A model generated the notes under the pieces. That model saw only the letters and a list, made by a program, of their open reading frames with translations, had not been told where the DNA came from and made no database searches. This document shows, piece after piece, positions 9,392-17,455 of a stretch of DNA of 48,661 nt. Positions within the stretch are counted from its first letter, which is position 1. Each line of letters opens with the position of its first letter. The DNA is from Gammaproteobacteria bacterium (lineage in GTDB: Bacteria; Pseudomonadota; Gammaproteobacteria; GCA-001735895), in contig JBNKUM010000019.1 in NCBI GenBank assembly GCA_050298595.1, positions 1-48,661 on the forward strand, in the 5' to 3' direction. Made by a program: the position numbers and the translations under genes.

Positions 9392-10033
9392 ATGAAACAA
9401 GAATTGCAAAAACGAATCGTCAAAGGGCCTGGTGGCGTCGATATAGAGGTTGAACCACTGAAGGATTATTACTGCGAGGCTCCACCTTCGGTCATGCCAG
9501 CAGCCTACAGCCGTATCGTCGAGGATCTGTTTAACTGGGCGCGCTCGGAATCGATCTGGATTCTCGGTTTCGGTACCGGTTGTGGTGCGATTGAAATGCG
9601 CCCGCTGATGACCCCGCGTTTTGATGCCTACCGCTACGGTATTCAGTGGCGCCCAACCCCACGTCAGGCTAATCTGTTCGTAATTTCCGGTTATCTCTCA
9701 GTGAAAACCCTGAAGCGTGCAATCCGTTCCTATGAACAGATGCAAAACCCCAAATACGTGGTTGGCCTCGGTTCCTGCACCATTAATGGCGGCATGTACT
9801 GGGATTCCTACAACACAATCAAACGTCTTGATGACTACCTGCCCGTCGACCTCTATATCACTGGCTGTATGCCAAGACCCGAGGCACTGTTACAGGGTTT
9901 TATGGATTTGAAAAAAATAATCCGTGCAGGCAATGCAGAAGGTGCGAACCAGTATGCGGAGAATTTTGAATGGTACAAGGCAAACCAGAAACGGGTCATC
10001 AAGGATTGGGATATGCCCGATTATAGTTGGTAG
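9392..10033 (+). CDS. mbxJ: NuoB-family Fe-S subunit; MbxJ/MbsJ
   Basis: GTGCGAIEM, GSCTINGGMYWDSYN, GCMPRPEA, ENFEWYKANQ; recognisably Mbx-type; no tandem CC as in NuoB. Confidence 0.9.
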   Translation: MKQELQKRIVKGPGGVDIEVEPLKDYYCEAPPSVMPAAYSRIVEDLFNWARSESIWILGFGTGCGAIEMRPLMTPRFDAYRYGIQWRPTPRQANLFVISGYLSVKTLKRAIRSYEQMQNPKYVVGLGSCTINGGMYWDSYNTIKRLDDYLPVDLYITGCMPRPEALLQGFMDLKKIIRAGNAEGANQYAENFEWYKANQKRVIKDWDMPDYSW

Positions 10034-10038
10034 CAGAT

Positions 10039-10572
10039 ATGCAGGCACTTTACGACAAACTCAAACAACACTACGCGCTGGGTGAATTTATCCAGCAACG
10101 CTCCAACCTGTGCTTCTTCAATGTGCCACGGGAACACCTGTCATCCTTATTGCTTTATCTGCGTGACGTAGAGGGTTATACCCACCTGGTACTGCTGACA
10201 GCAGTAGACTGGATTGAGCAGGACCAGTTCCAGTTGACCTACCTGGTCAACAATCGTCTGGCAGCAACTGATATTGGATTGCGCGTGATCATCGACCGCA
10301 ATCCAGCGAGTATGGAAAGTATCCATCATCTATGGCCGACCGCCGCAACCTATCAGCGCGAATTGAAAGAAATGTTTGGTATCGATTTCCCCGGCAGTCC
10401 TCGTATTGACGAAGACTTTATTCTCGAAGGCTGGCAGGACATTCCGCCTTATCGACGTGACTTTGACACCTTAAAATACAGTGAAGAAACCTATCGCGAC
10501 CGACCGGGCCGGGTTACCCATGATCCGACTCAACACATGAAGCAACAACTTTACCCGGATGCGGAGGACTGA
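10039..10572 (+). CDS. mbxK: NuoC-family subunit; MbxK
   Basis: TAVDW, SIHHLWPTA..YQRELKEMFGIDFPG, PPYRRDF; ATG at 10039. Confidence 0.9.
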   Translation: MQALYDKLKQHYALGEFIQQRSNLCFFNVPREHLSSLLLYLRDVEGYTHLVLLTAVDWIEQDQFQLTYLVNNRLAATDIGLRVIIDRNPASMESIHHLWPTAATYQRELKEMFGIDFPGSPRIDEDFILEGWQDIPPYRRDFDTLKYSEETYRDRPGRVTHDPTQHMKQQLYPDAED

Positions 10573-10573
10573 T

Positions 10574-11752
10574 ATGGCCTATACCCCTGATCGCAGTCAA
10601 TACCCGCAAAAGAAGTCCGATGGCACGCTTGATATCGATCTCACTTCGGGCAAATACCTGAAACTCTGGCAGGGCCCACAGCATCCCGGTATTACCGGCA
10701 ATATGTCGATTGAACTAACCGTGTGTGGTGACGAGGTTGTCGAAGGTATCACCCATGTCGGTTATCTGCACCGCGGCTTCGAAAAACTGATGGAACGACG
10801 CAGTTTTATCCAGTGCTTTCCTATCGTCTGTCGTATCTGCGTACCGGAACCAGATTTCAATGAGTACTGTTATGCCGCTGCGGTTGAGGAACTGGCGGAT
10901 GTAGAAGTACCCGAACGCGCCAACTGGATCCGCACACTGATCCTGGAGATGGGTCGTATCAACAGTTATCTGATGTATCTGGGTGGTCAATCCGGAGCTC
11001 TGGGTCAGGCGGTAATAGGCCAGTGGGCAACCTATGTACGCGACCTGATGCTGGACCGCTTCGAAGAACTTACCGGAGCCCGTATCTATCACATGTTCAT
11101 CATACCTGGTGGGGTACGCGACGACCTGCCCGTTGGCTTTAAAAAGCGCATGAAAGATACCCTGAAGGAGATTGAAAAAACAATGCAGGATATCTACAAC
11201 GTGATGTTCTGCAATGCGGTCTTCCACAAAAGAACTGTAGGTGTTGGAGTAATAGAAAACCGTTGGCTGGATCGCTACGGTGTTAGCGGCCCCTGCATAC
11301 GTGCGGCCGGTGTGGCGCGTGATGTGCGTAAAGACCAGCCTTATCTGGTTTACCAGCATCTCGACTTTGACCCCGTTATCGGTCACAACTCCGATATTTA
11401 CACCCGAGCAGATGTACGCCGTCGCGACCTGCTGATGTCGGTCGACCTGATCCGACAGATTCTGTCACGCATGCCGGAGCGTAAGGAAGCCATGATGGCG
11501 ACTATTCCTAACGTATTGCACTGGAAGATCCCGCCGGGTGAAACCTATGTGCGAGGTGAATGTTCTCGTGGTGAGTACGGTTATTATCTGGTCACCGATG
11601 GAAGCGGTTATCCGCGACGAGTCAATGTACGAGGCCCCTCCTACACCCATGCGATGGCATTGTTTGAACGCATGGTAGTGAATTGCAATATCGCCGATGT
11701 TGCGGCACTACTGGTGTCTCTACATACCTATCCACCGGAGATCGAACGTTAA
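10574..11752 (+). CDS. mbxL: NuoD-family subunit; MbxL/MbsL (no NiFe site)
   Basis: GPQHPG, GYLHRGFEKL, RICVPE, ECSRGE, VRGPSY, C-terminal HTYPPEIER; GGAGG RBS before ATG at 10574. Confidence 0.9.
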   Translation: MAYTPDRSQYPQKKSDGTLDIDLTSGKYLKLWQGPQHPGITGNMSIELTVCGDEVVEGITHVGYLHRGFEKLMERRSFIQCFPIVCRICVPEPDFNEYCYAAAVEELADVEVPERANWIRTLILEMGRINSYLMYLGGQSGALGQAVIGQWATYVRDLMLDRFEELTGARIYHMFIIPGGVRDDLPVGFKKRMKDTLKEIEKTMQDIYNVMFCNAVFHKRTVGVGVIENRWLDRYGVSGPCIRAAGVARDVRKDQPYLVYQHLDFDPVIGHNSDIYTRADVRRRDLLMSVDLIRQILSRMPERKEAMMATIPNVLHWKIPPGETYVRGECSRGEYGYYLVTDGSGYPRRVNVRGPSYTHAMALFERMVVNCNIADVAALLVSLHTYPPEIER

Positions 11753-11764
11753 GAGCCTGATGCC

Positions 11765-13570
11765 ATGAGTATTCGTAATATCCTTTCTCCATTCACTGCC
11801 TGGAAAAACCTGTTCCGCGACCCAGTCAGTATCGCTGATCCATTTAATGATCGCCCTGGCAGTATGCGCTATCGGGGCTTCCACCAGAACGACATGGATA
11901 AGTGCATAGGCTGTGGCACCTGTGAAGCGATTTGTCAGAATGCCGCTATCGACATGGTTCCAGTCGAAGGCATACAAACCACTAAGGAAGATTCCGGATT
12001 ACGCCCGCATATAGATTACGGTCGCTGTTGCTGGTGTGCGCTGTGCGTGGATATCTGTATGACCGGTTCGCTGACCATGTCCAACGAATACAAATGGATC
12101 GAAAGTGACCCCGACAAGTTTCGCTTCACCCCGGGTGTCGACAAAAAATTCTGGGATCACTCAGCACTCGGTTATCACCGCCCCGAAGGTCATCAGTTAA
12201 GCGGTCGGGTTCGGGTCGAGATGGAAGAAATGGATCCGGAGCAACGGCTCGATTCCTTTGCTGAAATCGTTAAGGGCTACGATGTCGAACAGGCCAAAGC
12301 CGAAGCCGATCGTTGCGTAGCCTGCGGCCTGTGCGTGGCCACCTGCCCTATCCACATGGCGATACCCGATTATATTGCTGCGGTTCGTGCAGGAGACTAT
12401 GAGGAAGGACTACGCCTGTTGTACGACAGTAATCCGTTTTCCCAGGTTTGTGGCCGAGTCTGTACACGCAAGTGCGAAACCTCCTGTGCCGCACGTCATG
12501 AGGGTGATCCAATTGCCATCCGCTGGCTCAAACGTCATATCACCGAGCAGGTGCCTTATGACCGTTATAGAACCATAGTGGGTGAACCCGCCGAAGCGAC
12601 AGGCCGAAAAGTAGCAATCATCGGTGCCGGACCGGCAGGACTAACGACTGCTTTCGACCTTGCTAAAAAGGGCCATAGCGTGACAGTATTTGAATCACGA
12701 AAAAAACCGGGGGGCATGATGCGCTATGGTATCCCTGAATATCGCCTGCCCTATGATCGTCTGGATGCTGATATTAATATGATTCTGTCGTATGGAGTCG
12801 AATTAAAACTCAATACTCAAATCGGTAAAGATATCAGTATGGAGGAGCTTCATAAGCAGTTTGATGCGGTATTACTCGCCAGCGGTCTACATCAGGGACG
12901 ATCCACACGCATACCTGGATCTGAACATTCTAAAACCGTATCAGCCATTGAGCTGTTAAGAAAAATCACCGACAAGTCCCGCTTCGCTGTTCCCCAAAAA
13001 GCAGTGGTCATAGGTGGTGGTAATGTGGCCATGGATATAGCACGCAGCCTGGCCAGATTACAGAAAAAGAAATATGGTGAAATACATGTCACGGTAACGG
13101 CTCTGGAAGATGAGCATCATATGCTCGCAGACGAGGATGAAATACGTGAGGCCAAAGAAGAAGGCTTAACAATTTTACCTGGACGTGGACCGCGCCAGTG
13201 CATCATCGAGAATAAAAAATTAACCGGCCTGGAAACGGTATGCTGTACCTCGATTTTTGATGAAGAAGGGCGCTTTCACCCCACTTATGATGAATCCGAT
13301 ATCTGCATACATGACGTTGACATGGTGGTTGAAGCGATTGGCCAGGCTGCTGACGTCACCTATCTGGGTTATGAAGTAACCGAAGCGCTTGACTGGAATC
13401 GCGGAAGACTGGTCATAGACAGCAACGGTCAAACTGCCGAACCCTGGCTATGGGCCGCTGGAGATATGGTCGAAGGACCAGATGTGGTTCATGCCATAGC
13501 TGCTGGCCATAGAGCCGCCGAGAGCATCCATGCAAGCCTGACAGTAAGTGCGGAGAGATCAAAAGAATGA
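11765..13570 (+). CDS. MbxN/NuoI-type 2x[4Fe-4S] domain fused to a GltD/SudA/DsrL-like FAD-dependent NAD(P)H oxidoreductase
   Basis: RYRGFH, CIGCGTCEAIC, CCWCALCVDIC (NuoI part); then RCVACGLCVATCP, CGRVCTRKCETSC, IIGAGPAG, GGMMRYGIPEYRLP, VIGGGNVAMD, AAGDMV. Confidence 0.9.
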   Translation: MSIRNILSPFTAWKNLFRDPVSIADPFNDRPGSMRYRGFHQNDMDKCIGCGTCEAICQNAAIDMVPVEGIQTTKEDSGLRPHIDYGRCCWCALCVDICMTGSLTMSNEYKWIESDPDKFRFTPGVDKKFWDHSALGYHRPEGHQLSGRVRVEMEEMDPEQRLDSFAEIVKGYDVEQAKAEADRCVACGLCVATCPIHMAIPDYIAAVRAGDYEEGLRLLYDSNPFSQVCGRVCTRKCETSCAARHEGDPIAIRWLKRHITEQVPYDRYRTIVGEPAEATGRKVAIIGAGPAGLTTAFDLAKKGHSVTVFESRKKPGGMMRYGIPEYRLPYDRLDADINMILSYGVELKLNTQIGKDISMEELHKQFDAVLLASGLHQGRSTRIPGSEHSKTVSAIELLRKITDKSRFAVPQKAVVIGGGNVAMDIARSLARLQKKKYGEIHVTVTALEDEHHMLADEDEIREAKEEGLTILPGRGPRQCIIENKKLTGLETVCCTSIFDEEGRFHPTYDESDICIHDVDMVVEAIGQAADVTYLGYEVTEALDWNRGRLVIDSNGQTAEPWLWAAGDMVEGPDVVHAIAAGHRAAESIHASLTVSAERSKE

Positions 13571-14082
13571 GCAAAAAACACAGTTCTGAAGGCAGTAAAG
13601 GCTACGCCAAACTGAAAAAAAAGCAGACGATTGAAGAGATACTTGAAACCGCCATTGGCTTTGAGAGAACGGCGCGTGATTTCTATAGCGAATTATGTGA
13701 CACTGTAAGCAAACCTATACGTGGCTTGATTCAGGAGTTGGCTGATGAAGAAGCTGAGCATTACCGACTGTTTACTGAATTAAAAGAAAGAGCAGATATC
13801 CAACAGCATATCAGCGATAAAATCCAGACACCACCTAATGACCACCGCTTTAGCGACTATCTGAAGCAACCCGACCTGGGCAAGGATCCGAGCGATCAGG
13901 ATATTTTGCTGTATGCTCTGGGGCGTGAACAGGCTGCGATGGAACAGTACTCTGCACTAGCCGAAGAGACACCTGCTGGAGCTATAGCTGATCTATTTCA
14001 GTACCTGGCTCATGAAGAACTTGAACATAAAAATGAGCTTGAAAAGCTCTATTATGAAATGATTCATAAAGGAGGTGTATAA
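13567..14082 (+). CDS. Ferritin-like / rubrerythrin-family di-iron protein
   Basis: AIGFE...FY...LADEEAEH and ALGRE...Y...LAHEELEH duplicated E/ExxH pattern; ATGA overlap with upstream gene. Confidence 0.85.
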   Translation: MSKKHSSEGSKGYAKLKKKQTIEEILETAIGFERTARDFYSELCDTVSKPIRGLIQELADEEAEHYRLFTELKERADIQQHISDKIQTPPNDHRFSDYLKQPDLGKDPSDQDILLYALGREQAAMEQYSALAEETPAGAIADLFQYLAHEELEHKNELEKLYYEMIHKGGV

Positions 14083-14120
14083 CCCGTCTTAGCCTGCCTA
14101 AGCCTGTCTAGACTGGTGAT

Positions 14121-14810
14121 TTATTGCTGTTTTTTATTCACCGCATCTATTCCCTTATGCGGAATAAAGATACCTATTCCCATCAATTGCCTATCACCCA
14201 TTCCCTGTTCCTGTAGCATTAACGATTGAGCCACATCCAGATCACTCACCATGAGTTTTCGGGTTAATACGATGCCACTGGAGGTCTGGTGCGAGAGTAA
14301 CTTACCACTCATCATTTTTTTAACCTGTATCCCCATCTCACGTAACTGTTGCGCCATATTATTTAAAAATAGCGTTTCATCCTCTGTGCCCTCGGTATCC
14401 ATATAGCGTGCAAACAGGGTTGTAAGTCGGCTGAGTTTGCGGGTACGAAAGTCACCGATCTTCAGCGCATGGCCGTGGATATCGAGTGTTTTACCGGTTA
14501 GTGCCCGGGCATCTTCGAGACGACTTTGAGGTAGTCGAATCATCAATTTTGTGCGCCTGGATACGCAGAGCACATCCTGCTCTGGATCATCTGGGCGCAT
14601 CCACCCATGAGCGGATTCGGCAACATGGATTTGATGGATAGCTGCCAGTGGTTCGTCGCCAATCCAGGGAAGGTATTGCTGAATTTGTTGGGATAAAACG
14701 AAGCCATGATCCAGCGGTAATGTTTTGCACTCTATGGAGAACAGCAAATCCTGAACATCTTCATGAAGCTGCTCTGTATCATTATTATCATCATCGTCCT
14801 GCCAATACAT
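14121..14810 (-). CDS. cas6: Cas6-family RAMP endoribonuclease-like protein (Cmx6 / type I-MYXAN-like), orphan
   Basis: LPLDHG, SRRTKLMIRLP, LTGKTLDI and C-terminal Gly-rich loop LQEQGMGDRQLMGIGIFIP (GhGxxxxhGhG); ATG at 14810, 2 nt after the upstream stop. Confidence 0.82.
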   Translation of the reverse strand: MYWQDDDDNNDTEQLHEDVQDLLFSIECKTLPLDHGFVLSQQIQQYLPWIGDEPLAAIHQIHVAESAHGWMRPDDPEQDVLCVSRRTKLMIRLPQSRLEDARALTGKTLDIHGHALKIGDFRTRKLSRLTTLFARYMDTEGTEDETLFLNNMAQQLREMGIQVKKMMSGKLLSHQTSSGIVLTRKLMVSDLDVAQSLMLQEQGMGDRQLMGIGIFIPHKGIDAVNKKQQ

Positions 14811-14812
14811 GT

Positions 14813-15001
14813 TCAACACACCGATGTGAATGTCGCTTCCAGTCGATCTTCCCAGTCAGGCGGGGTATCTGAGTATGGAGGTTTTATATCCATACGAAAA
14901 AATCGTTCACCCGCTGCTGCTCGTCTGGATATCTCTTCCTTTAAATCCTCAAATGATTCCATTTCAGGGTTTTGTAATAAAATTTCGCTTAACCACAGCA
15001 T
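14813..15001 (-). CDS. Small acidic protein (62 aa) between tauD-like and cas6 genes
   Basis: MLWLSEILLQ...FRMDIKPPYSDTPPDWEDRLE; GAGG RBS; tightly packed with neighbours. Confidence 0.8.
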   Translation of the reverse strand: MLWLSEILLQNPEMESFEDLKEEISRRAAAGERFFRMDIKPPYSDTPPDWEDRLEATFTSVC

Positions 15002-15034
15002 ATAAAGACCTCGGGTATAAATTCTAATGTCTAA

Positions 15035-15916
15035 TCAATGGATATTGATTCGATTGTAATAACGCGCGCGATAGAAAACGCGTTTGCTATCAGGACTATC
15101 AGTAAATCCACTACGTGTGTGCAATACATTATTATTGATAACGCCCTCGCCGGCATTAAGGCGATAGCGTATATGATAGGGGGAGTCTAATTCCAGATAC
15201 TGCTCCAGACAAGCCAGAGCTTCGCGGGTCAATCCATCATCGGCCCATATTATATTGCGCTTTCTTTTACTATATCGCATAGCTAGAGCATGGTCTTGCT
15301 CCTGTAGAAACACAGCACTACAGGTCTGGGGACGGATTAGCACACCATTCTCTATGTTTTCGGGTATACACATAACCTGAGGCTGAGACAGGGCTTTGAT
15401 AAATTCCGGATTTTGATTGCGCAGATGGATATACAGCATATCAGGATCCAGTAACTGGTTCTCTCCTCCTTCAGCAGCCGGTTGCTCGCAATGCAGCACC
15501 ATCGCCAGTACCCGCTGATGTAAAGGATTATAGTATCCATCGGTATGCCAGCCGATCGCTTTATTCGAATAAGGGATATACTGATGTGCGCGGCCATTGT
15601 CCTGTACGGTGAGCTTTGTGGTTCTATCTTCGCGCGCACAGAGATTTTTATCCAGTTCATGCAGCCCCATTTGTTGACCTATATACTTTACAGCATCCAG
15701 GTGATTGTCTATCTCACCAGCCATGCGGTATAAAACAAAGTTATAGGCACGGATGTGCTCATCGATAATATTTAATGCCAAATCATCGATAGTACCGTCA
15801 TTCTGGATATCTATAATGAGAGGAAAATCATTTGATTTTCTCTTTTCATAAGCAGCCTGCTTGTATTCAACCCATTGGAGGTAGGCTGCTTCATCGTTTA
15901 AATCCAGGTGTCCCAT
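15035..15916 (-). CDS. TauD/TfdA-family Fe(II)/2-oxoglutarate dioxygenase-like protein
   Basis: WHTDGYYN (HxD), LHCEQPAAEGGENQLLD, NNVLHTRSGF (distal His and Arg). Confidence 0.88.
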   Translation of the reverse strand: MGHLDLNDEAAYLQWVEYKQAAYEKRKSNDFPLIIDIQNDGTIDDLALNIIDEHIRAYNFVLYRMAGEIDNHLDAVKYIGQQMGLHELDKNLCAREDRTTKLTVQDNGRAHQYIPYSNKAIGWHTDGYYNPLHQRVLAMVLHCEQPAAEGGENQLLDPDMLYIHLRNQNPEFIKALSQPQVMCIPENIENGVLIRPQTCSAVFLQEQDHALAMRYSKRKRNIIWADDGLTREALACLEQYLELDSPYHIRYRLNAGEGVINNNVLHTRSGFTDSPDSKRVFYRARYYNRINIH

Positions 15917-15982
15917 AGAGGCCTTAATATTAGTTTATTAATAAATTGTGATTAAAATAGGCTTTATCATAAATTGAATGTA

Positions 15983-15998
15983 TATCCCTATGGGGGTA
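15983..15998. promoter_or_regulatory. Putative NarL-family 7-2-7 site in the tauD/dsrA divergent promoter region
   Basis: TATCCCT-AT-GGGGGTA; each half is one mismatch from the NarL heptamer TACYYMT. Confidence 0.45.
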
Positions 15999-16142
15999 AT
16001 GATATGCCAATACGCCCCCCCATCAGGTGAGTTACTTATTACAGCCGACCTGTCTAAAATCCTCGCATTCTTGTAATACCTTGTTACAGGACCAATAAAC
16101 TATAACTCATCAGTTAATTAGAGTCTTAAAGGAGACTATGCA

Positions 16143-17393
16143 ATGGCAAAGTATGATACTCCAATGCTTGACGAGCTTGAAAACGGCCCATGGCCCAGCT
16201 TTATTTCAGGCATCAAACGTTTACGCGACGATCACCCGGAAAAACGTATTAATGAAGTTGCCGGCAGCCTGTTAGGCCAGCTGGAACATTCTTACGAAAC
16301 TCGTAAAGGTTACTGGAAAGGCGGTACTGTTTCTGTATTCGGTTACGGTTCAGGCATTATTCCTCGCTTCTCTGAAGTAGGTAAGGCTTTCCCGGAATCT
16401 AAAGAATTCCACACTGTTCGCGTTCAACCACCTGCGGGTAATCACTACACGACTGGTATGTTACGTCAGTTAGCTGATAGCTGGGAAAAGCATGGTTCAG
16501 GCCTGGTAACCTTCCACGGACAAACCGGTAACATTATGTTTATTGGTGTTGATACCGAATCTACCCAGCATTTCTTTGATGAAATCAATGATTACGGCTG
16601 GGATCTGGGTGGTGCTGGTCCTTGTGTACGTACAGGTATGTCCTGTGTCGGTGCTTCACGCTGTGAACAGTCTTGCCTTGATGAGCAAAGAGTACACCGC
16701 TCATTGCAGAACAACTTCACCGATGATGTTCACCGCCCTGCTCTGCCATATAAATTCAAATTCAAAATCTCTGGTTGTGGTAATGATTGTCAGAACGCCA
16801 TTGAACGCTCTGATTTTGCAGTTATCGGCACCTGGCGCGATGACATGAAGGTTAACCAGGAAGCCTTCAAGGGCTATCTCGATACTAAAGGTCGCCAGTA
16901 CATTATCGATAATGTAATCACCCGTTGCCCAACTCAGGCCTTAAGCCTGGCTGATGACGATGCGCTGGTTGTTGAAAACCGCAACTGTGTTCGCTGCATG
17001 CATTGCCTGAATGTTCTGCCTAAAGCGCTCTCTCCTGGAGATGACAAGGGTGCAACTATTTGTATTGGTGGAAAGCGTACACTGAAGATTGGTGATTTGA
17101 TGGGTACGGTTGTAGTGCCATTCAAAAAGCTGGATACAGAAGAAGATTACGAAGAAATCGTTGAGTTGGCTGAAGAAATCATCGACTTCTGGGCTGAAAA
17201 CGGTCTGGAACACGAACGTTGTGGTGAGATGATCGAACGTATTGGTCTGGCTAATTTTCTGGAAGGTATTGGCGTTGATGTTGATCCGAATATGGTTAAC
17301 AACCCTCGCCAAAGCTCCTACGTCCGTATGGATGAATGGGACCAGGAAGCCGAGAAATGGTTTGAGCGTAAAGCAGAAGAAGCTAGCGCCTAA
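16143..17393 (+). CDS. dsrA: Reverse dissimilatory sulfite reductase alpha subunit
   Basis: TPMLDELENGPWPSF, YWKGG, CVRTGMSCVG, YKFKFKISGCGNDC, CVRCMHC; AAGGAG RBS. Confidence 0.98.
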   Translation: MAKYDTPMLDELENGPWPSFISGIKRLRDDHPEKRINEVAGSLLGQLEHSYETRKGYWKGGTVSVFGYGSGIIPRFSEVGKAFPESKEFHTVRVQPPAGNHYTTGMLRQLADSWEKHGSGLVTFHGQTGNIMFIGVDTESTQHFFDEINDYGWDLGGAGPCVRTGMSCVGASRCEQSCLDEQRVHRSLQNNFTDDVHRPALPYKFKFKISGCGNDCQNAIERSDFAVIGTWRDDMKVNQEAFKGYLDTKGRQYIIDNVITRCPTQALSLADDDALVVENRNCVRCMHCLNVLPKALSPGDDKGATICIGGKRTLKIGDLMGTVVVPFKKLDTEEDYEEIVELAEEIIDFWAENGLEHERCGEMIERIGLANFLEGIGVDVDPNMVNNPRQSSYVRMDEWDQEAEKWFERKAEEASA

Positions 17394-17455
17394 GCGCTGG
17401 ATTCAACTCTTCTTTCCGATTTTTTAAAATAATTTATAAACTATAGGTTAAAGAT

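Noticed and set aside
10715-11386. 223-aa antisense ORF and other overlapping shadow ORFs (e.g. 449-670, 6795-7277, 32126-32596)
   Set aside because: They overlap well-supported genes on the opposite strand or in another frame and show no protein motifs.
10574-11752. Group 4 [NiFe]-hydrogenase large subunit
   Set aside because: No N-terminal RxCxxC (RICVPE) and no C-terminal DPCxxC (HTYPPE); no maturation genes nearby.
2945-13570. Canonical complex I (nuo) or a plain Mrp antiporter
   Set aside because: No NuoA/E/F/G, MrpE/F/G present, NuoB-like subunit lacks tandem CC; the redox subunits exclude a plain Mrp.
11765-13570. Glutamate synthase small subunit (gltD) or a second dsrL
   Set aside because: No gltB; the ferredoxin domain is N-terminal and NuoI-like (DsrL has it C-terminal); embedded in the mbx-like operon.
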